Below, piece after piece: positions 1-11,943 of a stretch of 64,000 nt of DNA. This stretch comes from a virus, in IMG/VR virus record IMGVR_UViG_3300010278_000003; one strand, given 5' to 3'. Under the pieces are notes generated by a model that was given only the letters and a program-made list of their open reading frames with translations, was not told the DNA's origin and ran no database searches. The position numbers were made by a program, and so were the translations under genes. Within the stretch, counting starts at the first letter, position 1. Every line of letters starts with the position of its first letter.

Positions 1-1
1 T

Positions 2-790
2 CTCAGTAATGGAGTTATTTACAACAGCTACAAGCCAACCACAACCATCATCATATTTGATAATCTTGGGTCTACCATCTGTGAGCATATCCTTAAGTTC
101 ATTTCTGTACTTGCAAGCATTTTCAAAATCCCATTCACAATTCTCTTTATCAAATGGAGCATATGTTGCAGCAAGTGTGCCTGAATCATAGTTGTTTATG
201 CCATTATAGAACACATACGGATATTTACTGTCTAATGGTGTAGCAGTTGCTGATGCAAAGTTTCTCTGAGGAAGTATCTCACCACACGAATTGATATTCA
301 AAACGGTATGGAATATTTTATCCTGTCCAACAATAAACACACCTCTGAAATCAGGCTTGATGCTTTCAATAGTATATTCGCCCTCTACGTTATTAATAAC
401 GGGAACAAGAGCATACTCATATTCTTGCATAAGGGGAGTAATATCTTTAAATTCTATACGAACATCTTCAACTTTTTTAATACCTGTCAATTCGTGTAAA
501 GTAATCCATTTGTATGAACCCATTGGTCTACGTTTAACACGCAAAGCAGAAAGAGTACTAAGTGTATATTCAACATTACCAGCGAATAAGTTACCATGAA
601 ATTTTGCATAAAAGATTGTATTAGACGACCATTCTGGTTTAGTTGTCGAATTATAGTTCTCTATATCTAAAGAAGTGTAAATTTCATCACATACAGAATT
701 TTCTAAGGTTACACTGTTTGAGTTATTAATATTTACAAGGGTAGGGTCTGCACTGTGACTATATCCTAATATGCCTGAACCAAAAAACAT
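2..790 (-). CDS. Phage tail-tip/distal tail-like protein, runs off the left edge (not in ORF track)
   Basis: ATG at 790 overlaps the TGA of the upstream gene (TGATG). Frame MFFGSGILGY...DGRPKIIKYDDGCGWLVAV is open to the edge. Function inferred from position after the tape measure. Confidence 0.75.
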   Translation of the reverse strand, partial: MFFGSGILGYSHSADPTLVNINNSNSVTLENSVCDEIYTSLDIENYNSTTKPEWSSNTIFYAKFHGNLFAGNVEYTLSTLSALRVKRRPMGSYKWITLHELTGIKKVEDVRIEFKDITPLMQEYEYALVPVINNVEGEYTIESIKPDFRGVFIVGQDKIFHTVLNINSCGEILPQRNFASATATPLDSKYPYVFYNGINNYDSGTLAATYAPFDKENCEWDFENACKYRNELKDMLTDGRPKIIKYDDGCGWLVAVVNNSITE

Positions 791-1881
791 CATGTGAACG
801 CCACCTCCCCAAGATCTTTAATATTTAAGTTAAACAACCCATCTATTTTTTGAATAGCTATTAGTACACAACTGTCTGTTGAAGCAAGCGTTATATGATT
901 ACTTTGTATTATATATGTAAGAGTAAACGAACTGTTAATTTTAGTATTTGCTGTTAATTCAGCATAATATACTTCTCCATCACCAAAGTTCCCTTTATTC
1001 CATGTTAATTTAATAGAATCTACACCGTTTGATATCTCAAGAAATGTAGAATAATCTTCTATATTTCTCCAAATACCTCCAATTGTAAAAGTATTTTTTT
1101 TTAACGAAAAACCATCGTCAAAAATCACTTTACCACCATTTCTCATGTCAACAGCAGCGTTGTCAATATAAGAAATATTTCCTTCTGAGCGACCTTCTAC
1201 GATTACAATATTTGTTGTAACCTTTACGCTCGATTCGTCTGCAACATTTTCGAGAGAAAGAACAAGAAACGTATTGGGGTTAACTATATTTACAGAAAAC
1301 CCTATGTATCCAGTGTCTACTTCTATGTTTGCCGCTGTGTTGCCAGTTGCTCTTACATAATAATTTGCATTATCAGTAAGACCACCAATTGTTACGCTTA
1401 AAGAAGCATCGTTGTAAATAGCCCCACTTGACCAAACTTGATTGTGTCCATAATCATATAAAGTAACGATATATTGAGACAATGCAATATTCTCTTTTTG
1501 CGAATAAGAAAGTTTAAAAGGGTAGGAGGCATCGCTAATAATATCTCCATCGTTTACATTCGAAAATTTAAAAATAGGAGTGGAATAACAGGTAAAAAGA
1601 ACGGAATTGCTTACAGGAGATTCATTGTCATTCTTATCAAAAACAGTAAGAGTTGCTACATAAGTTTTACCATTGACCATTTTTTCAGATGTAAACTCAG
1701 CAGCAACAGGGTGATATAATTGCATCGAAACAACTTTTTCTTGGTATACTGTTTTTAATGTTTCATTATCTTTTATAGTAAGTCTGCTTGCAAAAACTTG
1801 TTCTCCTGTGTAATAAAACTTTACTGTTGTACCTTTAGAAACATCAAAGTTATCTATTGCATATAAAATAGGACTTAACAC
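790..1881 (-). CDS. Tail-associated beta-rich protein (Fn3/Ig-like domains likely)
   Basis: 363 aa; motif GLTDNANYYVRATG resembles Fn3; lies downstream of the tape measure. Confidence 0.65.
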   Translation of the reverse strand: MLSPILYAIDNFDVSKGTTVKFYYTGEQVFASRLTIKDNETLKTVYQEKVVSMQLYHPVAAEFTSEKMVNGKTYVATLTVFDKNDNESPVSNSVLFTCYSTPIFKFSNVNDGDIISDASYPFKLSYSQKENIALSQYIVTLYDYGHNQVWSSGAIYNDASLSVTIGGLTDNANYYVRATGNTAANIEVDTGYIGFSVNIVNPNTFLVLSLENVADESSVKVTTNIVIVEGRSEGNISYIDNAAVDMRNGGKVIFDDGFSLKKNTFTIGGIWRNIEDYSTFLEISNGVDSIKLTWNKGNFGDGEVYYAELTANTKINSSFTLTYIIQSNHITLASTDSCVLIAIQKIDGLFNLNIKDLGEVAFT

Positions 1882-1908
1882 TTAATTTTCTTCACCATCC
1901 TTTCATTT

Positions 1909-2256
1909 TTATTCCGAATACACAATCCAAATATCACCATCATTCCCATCAGAAGATGTGGGTTCTTTTGATGATACATGAACAGATGATGAAGATTTTG
2001 GAAGCAGGGTAATATTATTCATATTATTTTGCTTGATTAAAACGTCAACTGTATCGTTGACTTTACAGGAAATATTAGATTTAATTTCATATTTTGTTCC
2101 ATCAAGCATAATGGTAACAGTATCTCTATTTACAGATATTACTCTTGCCTGTCTTGTAATATCAAATGGTAAATTTTTTACGGTGTTATTGACCATAATT
2201 TCAATAGCATCTAATATTTCTTTCTTTATATTTATGTTAGTTTTTTCGTTTAACAT
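1909..2256 (-). CDS. Hypothetical tail-module protein (OB-fold-like, C-terminal EPT..DGDIW motif)
   Basis: 115-aa ORF co-directional with the tail genes. Confidence 0.55.
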   Translation of the reverse strand: MLNEKTNINIKKEILDAIEIMVNNTVKNLPFDITRQARVISVNRDTVTIMLDGTKYEIKSNISCKVNDTVDVLIKQNNMNNITLLPKSSSSVHVSSKEPTSSDGNDGDIWIVYSE

Positions 2257-2319
2257 TTTTCTTCACCAACTAAAAAAAGACAATATGTTCGTACAAAACA
2301 TACTGTCTTTAAAAATTAT

Positions 2320-2347
2320 TTGACAAAATATGACTTTACTATATAAT
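2320..2347 (+). promoter_or_regulatory. sigma-A promoter of the putative type I toxin mRNA
   Basis: TTGACA (2320-2325), 16 nt, TATAAT (2342-2347). Confidence 0.7.
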
Positions 2348-2479
2348 TAATTGCAGAGACGTTCATGCTTTTGAGCAGAAAACAGGTGGTTGCCTTCGAT
2401 TCCAACGAATTATTATGGGAAAGGAGGCTGAGTGTACATCGTAGTATTTCGTTGAGATTTCAGCGAAGGAGTGATGTAT

Positions 2480-2584
2480 ATGTTTAATTTCATTGTAGTG
2501 TGTGCTATGATTTTTATCTTAGCTCCAAAGATACAAAGTGTAGTTGACTCATTGACGAAACTTGTTCTTGCTATAAAGAAATAA
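2480..2584 (+). CDS. Putative type I toxin, 34-aa hydrophobic peptide (not in ORF track)
   Basis: SD AAGGAG; MFNFIVVCAMIFILAPKIQSVVDSLTKLVLAIKK has an N-terminal hydrophobic stretch and a basic C-terminus; own promoter and a convergent antisense promoter. Confidence 0.65.
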   Translation: MFNFIVVCAMIFILAPKIQSVVDSLTKLVLAIKK

Positions 2585-2707
2585 TCACCTACTCGCAATA
2601 GGTGATTATTTAAAGTAACACGTATTAGATTTTCATCGAAGGCGACTACTTATTGAACGTCTTCTTTTTATATAAGTAATTATATTAAATTAATTATATA
2701 AAATCAA
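2575..2707 (-). ncRNA. Putative antisense antitoxin RNA with its promoter
   Basis: TTGATT (2707-2702), 17 nt, TATAAT (2684-2679). Hairpin AATAATCACCTA-CTCGCAA-TAGGTGATTATT at ~2580-2610 is followed by a U-rich tract on the minus strand. Confidence 0.55.
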
Positions 2708-2777
2708 TACCTTATACAAAAAAATATTGAAATATATTAAGTTATAATAGGATAGGGTGGTTAACCTATTCTAATTA

Positions 2778-5700
2778 TTATCTCCTATAAGTACGCTGTA
2801 AAGCGTCAGAACTAAGAGTTTTTAATTGACTAATAAGTTCTTCTCCATTTGAAACGTTAGGAAGTACTAATTTATCAAAGTTATATCTATATACAATATT
2901 GCTTGTTTGAGGTCTACTTACATTATCAAGACTCTTAACAAGAGTGTTAACACCAGTAAACATATCAGAATATACATTGGCAAAAACGTCACTTTGTACA
3001 GTACTGCTCTTAAATATATCAGGTATTTCGACAGGAATTAAATCATCAGGTATGTTAGAGCCATTTTTCATTTTATCATAAGTCTTTAAAATGGCTTGCG
3101 ATTCGTCATGAGGGAATACTTGATCTCCATACTCTAAGTATGTCTTTCGACCTTGTGTTGTATTACGTAAAATAAGCTCTTTGCCTGCATCATCTACTAT
3201 TGCATGATGGGGAATTTTAATTTTGTCCGTACCTTTTGCATGTCGTGTAACAGTTACACTTGTTGTACTACCCGAACTGCTCTTAGTTTCTGACTTTGTA
3301 TTACCTTTTGAGTCTGTTGTTACATTAACAGTTACATTGGTCGAACCACCAATTATACCTGAACTATTAGATGAATCACCATATTTATTTCTAATAGATT
3401 CTGCTTGTTGGTGGTATTGGTGCATTCCTTCTTTGTCGCCTCTTGCTTCAGCTTCTTTATAGGCATCCTGTGCTTTTTTAATGGCATCTTTATCAGATTG
3501 ACTATAACTATCTCTGTATGTTCCATCTGAAGAAAAGTCGCCCCTTTTGTTTCCACCACCATTAGAGCCGCCACCAGACGAGCCACCTCTATATATTTCT
3601 CCGTTTTTAGTATTGATTGTTCCTACTAGAGTGTTGGTTGCTTTATCTACAACTTCAACTACACCATTAAGTCCTTCTTTTAAATCGTAAGCTCCTTCGC
3701 CAAAAGTATCATTCAAAATACCCATAGCATCAGAGTTTTCTTTTAGTTTATCAGAATTGGATTTAATGTTTTTATCTTGTCTATCGGCAGAAATCTTAAG
3801 GTCATTATACTGTTTATTATAGTCAGATCTATAAGCTCGATTAGCATCTACATTACTACCAGGTTCGTAATTAGGGTCATTGACAATTTTATCATAAATT
3901 TTATTAAAGACATCGCTATTATAAATATCCTCAGCATTAGGAATTTCTGTGATATTATCTACTATATCCGAGAAATCAAGGGCAGTATCACTATATCCAG
4001 TTTTAACTAAATTATGATCCCTATCATAGCTAAGACTTGTTACTTTTTTTCCAGAAGCATCATAAGAACCAACAGATGATTCGCTATTTCCATTTTTGGC
4101 ATTCAGTATCTCTCTATAAACTCTCTCAGCATCTTCACGAGCTTTAATAGTTGCTTTTTTATCGCCATTGCTTCCAGTGTTGACCAAATCTAATAGGTGT
4201 TTAGTATATTCTCTACTATTAGGGTCATTAAGCCATTCATCAAGAACTCCCAATTCAATCATTTTATTAAGAGTGCTTTGAGCGTGTTGTCTGTCAGTAT
4301 AACCAGAAGGACTACCTGTAATATAGCTATTCTTAAACCAATCTTTATTTGCAGCAGTAGTGTGTCCATGTATATCGTTAAATTGATAAAAACCATTACC
4401 AATATAAGAAGTATTGTAAGATTTAAAGAAATCTTCAAAATTATCATACTTCTTGCCACTATTATAGCCAGCGTTTTTATTAGCATTTACACCAGAAACT
4501 TTTTCACCTTTTTCACCAAAAAAGCTAAGATAATAATCTCTTGCAGACTTGTAAGCATCGCTATCTTCACCAACAGTTTCCTTAAGCTGTTCAAGACCTT
4601 TTTTGAACGTGTCTTCGTCTATAAGGATTGGATTATCATTGCCATCATAGGATACTCCCGGAAGACGAGTACCATCAGCATTAATGTTACCACCATTTTG
4701 TGTTCCTTTTGCAATACTTTCTGCAACACCGCTTGATACAGCATCTTTGATATCATCAGGTAAACCTTGCATTGTTATATTGAGATTATCAACCGAGTCG
4801 GTTGCATCATCAACATACGAAGAATTGGTAGATACTGCGGAAGTATTAGTATTTAAGCCAGTGGTATTTTTTGAAGTATTAGTGTTTGATTGATCAATGC
4901 TTTTCTTCGTAACTAAAACATTGTCATTTAATACCTCAATAGTACCAGTATAAGCATATTGTCCAGCATTATTATCATCAATTTTAGTTATTAAATCTTC
5001 AACTTTTTTCGAATAAAGACCAGTGATTGTACTTTGATATACACCAGCTTCGTCTTTACGAGAAGGGTCTACTATCTCATAAACACCACCACCTGTTAAT
5101 ATTCTATCACCAACTTTTGCACCAGCAGGAGCTGTGCCGTCTTTATTGGCATAATAATATGTAACATCTTTAGTTGTAGTTTCAGGATGATTTACTCTTA
5201 TAAGATTAGCTATTCTGCCAAATAAATCTTCATATTCATTAAGAATATCCTGTGCTGTCTGCTTTGTTATTTTTTCAATATCTTCACAAACATTGTAATA
5301 TTTATCACCGAAATCTTCGACATCAAGAGTACAATCGTTTACACGTTCTTCCCAATCACTACCAAAAATATTAGAAGCTTTTAACTTATCAGCAGCCTCC
5401 TGCCATTTGTCAGTGATTTTATCCCACATATCTTTGTAATCGTTAAGGGCATCAATTTGTTTTTCAATGTCATTGATACGCTGTTCATTTTCAAAGTCTG
5501 CGAGGTCTTGTTCTTTTTGCTTAATATCATCTTCATCGGCTTCGTAAGTCCAACCAATTCCTTTACGGTAAATATGTACAACTTTATTTTGTTTGGCTTT
5601 TGATAAAGCTTCTTTTAACTGTGCTAATTTTAAGGCACGGTCTTGCTCATCATTAATTGCCTGAAGTTCTTCTTTTTGTTTCTCAAGAGCTTCTATATTA

Positions 5701-8700
5701 TTCTCTATAACTTTAATTACAGCATTTTTAGCAGAATCGTATTTATCTCTTTTATCCTCAAGTAGTTGTTTACGAGCTTCCTTTATACCATTAGATGCAT
5801 CCATTAATTGCTTAATAAGCTTTTGAACTTTCTCAGATGTATTATCAAGTCCTTGTGCGTAAGCATCATTAAGCTCTTTTAATGTTGTAGTAATTTCCTC
5901 ACCAAAAAGCTTAATCTGATCTTCGGTATTATTTAATTCTTTAGCAACACTTATCTTAAACTCAATATCAGTGATTTTATCATCATATATCTGTTCTTTT
6001 AATGACTGTAAATCATCATTATATTGTTCAAGGGTATAATTATTATCTTGCCAAGTAACAGCCAAATCTTTATTGGCATCAGCCATTTCCTCAGTCTTGT
6101 TGATTAAATCTTCATAATAATGAATAAGCTCATTAGTATCTTCTTGGTCTTTACCTTTAAGTTCATTAAGATGTTCTAAATTACTAATATGAAGCTTGTC
6201 CGTATAAGGGTCATAACTAACATCAAAATTCTTTGCTTTTAACTCTGCAACATTTTTCTGAATTTCCTTATCTCTTGCTTCGTTTAATGCTTCGATTGCC
6301 TTTTGCTCTTCTTCCATTGCCGTAATGCGGTCTTTCATAAGAGCAATTTTTTCTTCATTTGTCTTAGCATTATCATATTTTTTGTCTATAGCTTCACGTT
6401 TAGCTTTCGCATCTTCATAGGCTTCGGTAAAGTTACGAAGTGCATCTATTTCTGCTTGATAAGCTTCGGTTTCAGAGCCGCCACCGCCGCCTCCGCCGCC
6501 AGAACCGGAAGAATTTCCAGAATCTTTTGAAGTATTAGATATAAGATTACCATTAATATTTCCAACACCCGTGGTAGCCGTTGTAGAACCAGAGGTTTTC
6601 TTAGTTGTTTTATTTGAGGTTGAAATATTAACCTTGCTTTTTAAACTTGATCCCATACTTCTAGCTATTTCAGAACTTGACATCCCCTCGTATTTAGTTC
6701 CCGCATATCTAACCTTGCTATTACCACCTAAAGAAAATAAAGGTAGATGACCGCCAGTAGCATTTATTTTTGAAGCAATATTATTCCATGTACTTTTTAA
6801 CGAATCAAAATTTCCACCTACACTAATAACAGCACTCGAATTGGAAATACTATCTATGGTATTGTTTGTTGCAGTTACAGCGCTTGATGTGTTAGCACCA
6901 ACTTTAACAGTAGGATTTGAATTATTAACTTTTGATTCGAACTTGGTTAATATATTTTCAGCTTGTTTTGGATCAGCCGTAAATGTTATTACACCATTTT
7001 GATCTGTTTTAACATAATCAAGTTGAGTTTCTACACCGTCAACATTTGCTGTAAAAACAACACTTCCATCTTGTTGCTTTACTGCTTCTATAGTTTGTTC
7101 AACACCGTCAACATTTGCTGTAAAAGTAATAACAGTTCCAGCAGCCATAATACTAATTTTGTTCATAAGAGACTGAAGACTGTCAGCATTATTAATTTTA
7201 GTATCTATAGTTAAAGTGTGAGGAGTTGAGAAAAACTCATTCCAATATTCTACAAAATCATCATCAGAAGCACTTGATATATCAATATTCTTTCCGTCAA
7301 GCCAATTATTAAACTCATCTAAAAGTTCAAGATACTCAGTTTGTTTTGCTTCAATCTTCTTCTGCATCTGCATTATTTCATCGTCACTTGCAGTTCCAGA
7401 AGTAACTCTTGATTGCATTTCGTCCGTTGCTTCGTCTATACCAGATTGAAGAGCAGAGACATAATCATTTGCTATTGTATCTATATTAGTTTGGTCTTCA
7501 AGCATTTTAATGGCTTGATCATTGTACGAGAGCAAAGAAGAATAATCCTCTTTATTTTCGTTACCAAACTTCATTTTTGTTTTTATTTTATCAATTTGAT
7601 CATATAACTGCTGTAAGTTATATTCAAATTTAATTGGAATGTCAAATCCTTCAGTTAAGGCTGACATGTCATCATTAAATCCTGCAACCTGCTTATCCCA
7701 ATTTTCAATTAATTTTCCGAGTTTTTCTTTTCTTGTGCCATCCTGAAGGTCATCATAAACATCTCTTAAAGAAGATATTTCATCTTTAATTTTCTCTATT
7801 GTTTGATATGTATCCTCTACATCATCAAACACAAAGCCATAATCCGACATTGACTTTAAAACCGCACTGACAACCTCAACACTTGTACCTAACTTGTCAG
7901 CTACTTCCTGAGTACTTTTAAAATGTGTTTTAATATTTCCAGTACTTTTGTCGATGTCCACAAGAGTAGGATCTACTTTTTTCAAATCATTCCAGAAGTT
8001 CCACATAGAAGCAGTTTGATCTTCTGAATTAAACCATCTTGATACTTTCTCGTAATTTTTCTTCCAAGCATCAGCATATGCATTTGCAGGAATGGTATAG
8101 GCAGAAGTATCTATTTTTTGAGGATTCATCCATTGTGCAACCGATTGAAAGTCATCAGTACCAATAAAACCACCATCAAATAATTTTTTTGCCTTTTCTA
8201 AATAATCAGATAAAGATGTCCAATCAACACTTGAATTTGCCGATTCAAAGGCGGTTTTTACCGATTCTAAAGTACCGCCTAACACGTTTGCTACATCTTC
8301 TCCAGCTTCTTTGGCTTTTTCAAGAGATTTACGGTACTCGTCAACTGCGTTCTTTGCGTCTTGATAGCTTTTTATTGTATCGTTATCAATGCCCATACTA
8401 ACAGTACGTAATTCATCTTCTGAAAGACTGTTAAAATATGCTTCATATTGAGATGTGTAAGTAACAGAACCTTTTTTGTCTGAAAAGAATTGTTTAATTC
8501 GATTCTTATAATCGTTAGTATCTATCTCACCAATTTTTATATTTACAGTTACAACATCGTTCTCAATTTTATTAGCCATATCAAGATAATCTTGATATAA
8601 TTGTTCCATCTTAGTCTTTTCTTCTTGATCATCGTCATAGACACCAGCATCAAGATACTTTTTAATCGTATCTGCATATTCAAGATATTCTTTCTCAGTT

Positions 8701-9517
8701 TCAAGAAGGGTAGAATTATAATCTTGAAGTTTTTGTTTGGACTTATCTATGTCGTTTTTATAAAGATTAGCAGCAAACGTATTACCTGCATCTGCCATTT
8801 CTTGGGCAGCTTTGGTATAAGTATCTAACTGTTTTTCTACTCTTTCGATATGAAACATAGTATTTCCATATTTTTGAGCACTTTTACCGACCTTGCTACT
8901 TCCAGATTTACTACTAATTACACCTTCGTTTAAAAGACCGCCTCTACCATACAGTTCGTTCTCGGCTAATTTCTTTTGTTCCTGCTCATAAATCTTTTGA
9001 TCAAGTTCAAGTCTTTGTTGTAAATAATCTAAACGAGATTGTTCCGCTTCAGTTAATCCACCTTCATCACGAAGAGCAAGAAGCTTTTTCTCTTCTTCTT
9101 CAAGAGATGATATTTCGGATGAAAGATTGTCAACTATCTCTTGCTGTTCTTCAAGAGTAACATTCAGTTTATCCCAAACCCACATACCTGCTTTAATAGC
9201 TAAATTAACTGCAAGCATAATACCTATGTTTTTAGCTGCATCTAATGCTGCTTTGCCAAATTTAGCGAATTTGTCGGATGAAGCACCAATAAATGAAGCA
9301 TATTGTTCTGCTACATCCTTAGAATAATCACAAGTATTAGTAAACTTTGTTAATTCACCATCTGCGAGTTCAAAATCTTTTGCAAATTCTAATATTTCAC
9401 CTTCATTATTAAAAATTTTTCCTTGTAAGGCTTCAAGAAAATTACTTTGATTTTCTGTCAGTTTTTTAAAGAATGAGCTAAATATTGTACTCCAACCATT
9501 TTCGCCATGATTGACAA
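2778..9517 (-). CDS. Tape measure protein, exon 2 (C-terminal ~2246 codons)
   Basis: The 2146-aa ORF frame is open 107 codons upstream of the called ATG (to 9539) and that ATG lacks an SD. Long coiled-coil protein. Joins exon 1 in frame at 9517. Confidence 0.85.
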
Positions 9518-9539
9518 CGTTGTTATAAAATGGTATATT
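9511..9539 (+). promoter_or_regulatory. sigma-A promoter (extended -10) for the antisense cargo genes, straddling the 3' splice site
   Basis: TTGACA 9511-9516, 17-nt spacer, TG at 9531-9532, TATATT 9534-9539; SD AGGAGG 9573-9578 before ATG 9586. Confidence 0.75.
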
Positions 9540-9585
9540 TTAGTTAATCACTTGAGTTAAATAACCTAAATTAGGAGGGAATATT

Positions 9586-10125
9586 ATGGATGATATCACA
9601 TACAAATTTGCACGTCATGGAAAAATATTTAAATGTCCACACTGCTACGAAACAGGTGGCAATTTAGAGGAATTTAGTAAAACTGCCTCTAAGTTAAATC
9701 CGAATCATAGTGAAAAATTAAAAGAATTCGCAAAAGGTTATTTAGGATTAAGTTTAGATCCACCATTTACAGATACCTGTCCGTATTGTGGAACTAAATT
9801 AATTGACACAGGAATCTCTTTTGATGATGCTATTACAATAAGAGATTTTAGCGATTTCAACAAAGACATATTTAATATGATGATTGATTTACATCAAAAA
9901 GATTTAATAGAATATACAGCTAAAATCAATATGATGAAAGCAAACATAGAAAAAACAAAGATGATTAAAAAAGAAATTGACACAACTCCCAAATGCCCCA
10001 AATGCGGTTCTACAGCTATCACTACAGGAGCGAGAGGTGCAAACTGGGCATGGGGATTTATAGGAGCAAGTCAAACGGTTAACAGATGTGGTAACTGTGG
10101 TTATACTTGGAAACCAAAGAAGTGA
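9586..10125 (+). CDS. Intron cargo: double zinc-ribbon protein
   Basis: Four CxxC pairs (CPHC, CPYC, CPKC, CGNC), a short hydrophobic GANWAWGFIG segment and a strong SD. Confidence 0.75.
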   Translation: MDDITYKFARHGKIFKCPHCYETGGNLEEFSKTASKLNPNHSEKLKEFAKGYLGLSLDPPFTDTCPYCGTKLIDTGISFDDAITIRDFSDFNKDIFNMMIDLHQKDLIEYTAKINMMKANIEKTKMIKKEIDTTPKCPKCGSTAITTGARGANWAWGFIGASQTVNRCGNCGYTWKPKK

Positions 10126-10166
10126 GAAGGGTGTAATACAAAACACATTAATCTATAAAAGGAGAT

Positions 10167-10535
10167 TTGGTTATGAAAAACACACAAAATATTGCATCTC
10201 TCATAGCTCGGCTTGAGTACGAGATTGGAAGAGAATGCTATAATCCAAATTCATATGATGGATATACGGGAGTAGAAGGTCGTGGATATAGATATCCAGT
10301 AAAAGTTTATCAAAACGAAAATATGAGAACATATCGTTATATGATATCAGAAATTTCTCCATCAGAAATTCATACAATGAAGTATGTGTTCGGATCTAAT
10401 CATTTATTTATTGGCAAGGGAATATATAATATTCTCAACACACTTGAAAGAAGATATGGTTTAGATTTTAACGAAATGGAAGAAAACTTAAGCAATAAAC
10501 CAAAAGATGATATTCCGACTACTCGTTTCATTTAA
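10167..10535 (+). CDS. Intron cargo: hypothetical protein
   Basis: 122 aa, SD AAGGAG. Confidence 0.7.
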   Translation: MVMKNTQNIASLIARLEYEIGRECYNPNSYDGYTGVEGRGYRYPVKVYQNENMRTYRYMISEISPSEIHTMKYVFGSNHLFIGKGIYNILNTLERRYGLDFNEMEENLSNKPKDDIPTTRFI

Positions 10536-10578
10536 ATAATGATAAAATATTCCTAACAAATATAAAGGAGAGACTATA

Positions 10579-10857
10579 ATGTATACAACAGATTTCAGCA
10601 TATTCACTCAAATGGTAAATATGGCGAAGCAGAAGAATTTAGATTATATTATTATGTATTCATATCACTCAATTAGTGGTGGCAAATATTCACATTCATA
10701 TTCTTTTGTATTATCAACAAATCTATTTACTGTTACCTTTAAAAAGAAATTTGAAGAAGGGAATGATAATGCTGTACGAGGATTTATTCAACATAATGAT
10801 TGTGTCAAACTTAATTGTGATATGATAATTGAAAAAGATTGTGTTGAATTACATTAA
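10579..10857 (+). CDS. Intron cargo: hypothetical protein
   Basis: 92 aa, SD AAGGAG; stop overlaps the stop of the convergent gene. Confidence 0.6.
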   Translation: MYTTDFSIFTQMVNMAKQKNLDYIIMYSYHSISGGKYSHSYSFVLSTNLFTVTFKKKFEEGNDNAVRGFIQHNDCVKLNCDMIIEKDCVELH

Positions 10858-11087
10858 AAATGTCTATCTTTTAATAATTCCAAAAGACGAATTTTTAAAT
10901 CGTATTCATCCCACTCAAGTTCAGAATACATCTTTAAGGCTTCACTAATTATGAATTCGTCAGATTCAGTTTCTTCCGAATGATTGAATCTGGCGAGTAG
11001 TTTCTGATATTCTACAATTTTATCTATATCAGGAAAAATTTCATTATGTGTTAATTTTTTTGATTGTGAATTTATTTTATCTATCAA
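10854..11087 (-). CDS. Intron cargo: hypothetical protein
   Basis: 77 aa, SD GAGGTG, TTG start. Confidence 0.55.
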   Translation of the reverse strand: MIDKINSQSKKLTHNEIFPDIDKIVEYQKLLARFNHSEETESDEFIISEALKMYSELEWDEYDLKIRLLELLKDRHF

Positions 11088-11141
11088 ATGATTTTCACCT
11101 CGATTTTATTATTATAAGTATTCATACAGGGAGGAATACAT

Positions 11142-11429
11142 ATGAAAAAATTATATTGTCCATTTACTAATGGTAGCTGTAATAACGATTGTATTATGAA
11201 TAATAATTGTTTTGAAGAAAATAATTCTCAAAATTGTATGTTACTTAAATCTGTCGAGTCAATTATATCTTTTGTTAACGGACTTTCGGTTGTAAATAAA
11301 GACACTGAAAAATACTTAAAAAGTATAAGTGACAATACCGGGGACGATCACTCATACTCCTTTGAAATTAACAACAAACTTGATTCGATTAAGAATCTTT
11401 TAGAGGAGATTATTCAGAACGAACAATAA
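11142..11429 (+). CDS. Intron cargo: Cys-rich N-terminus, coiled-coil hypothetical protein
   Basis: 95 aa, CPF...C...C...C...C pattern, SD GGAGG. Confidence 0.65.
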   Translation: MKKLYCPFTNGSCNNDCIMNNNCFEENNSQNCMLLKSVESIISFVNGLSVVNKDTEKYLKSISDNTGDDHSYSFEINNKLDSIKNLLEEIIQNEQ

Positions 11430-11622
11430 GATTCTTAATCTTATTTTCAACAATTCTAAGTAAACCAAAAGCCTGATTGTATGTTAAATTATTTGAGGTT
11501 ATTTCTGAAATTATTTTATCTGACAATGGGGAAATAACCTCTTTTTCAAAATTTTCGTTTTCAGTTTGTTTTTTAATTATTTCTTTAATACTTTCATTCA
11601 TTTCTTTAATATTTTCGTACAT
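11410..11622 (-). CDS. Intron cargo: hypothetical protein
   Basis: 70 aa, SD AAAGGA. Confidence 0.55.
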   Translation of the reverse strand: MYENIKEMNESIKEIIKKQTENENFEKEVISPLSDKIISEITSNNLTYNQAFGLLRIVENKIKNLIVRSE

Positions 11623-11736
11623 TTTATTTTTCCTTTCAATCCGTAGTTAAATATTTTTACTTAAAAATAACTCATACATAGTATTGCAGTACGTACCAAA
11701 GTGTGAGCCTAATATTTTAGAAAGAGTGATAAAATA

Positions 11737-11943
11737 ATGGGATTATTTACCGCTATTATAATTTTTATTATTTTAGCAATCGCCGCAGCAAGTCACGGCG
11801 ATTTTTCTGGTATGCAAATAATAGGAAAAATTGTAGGAGTTATAGCAATGATTGTTATAGTAGCTGTTCTACTAATGAATCCAGTTTTGTTGGTTGCTGC
11901 ACTTATAATTGTTGCTATAATAGCGTTAACCCATAAGAGCTAA
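11737..11943 (+). CDS. Intron cargo: small multi-pass membrane protein
   Basis: 68 aa, almost entirely hydrophobic, 2-3 likely TM segments. Confidence 0.65.
   Translation: MGLFTAIIIFIILAIAAASHGDFSGMQIIGKIVGVIAMIVIVAVLLMNPVLLVAALIIVAIIALTHKS

Noticed and set aside
2778-9218. 2146-aa ORF as an independent gene starting at ATG 9218
   Set aside because: No SD, and the frame continues 107 codons upstream to the predicted splice acceptor region.
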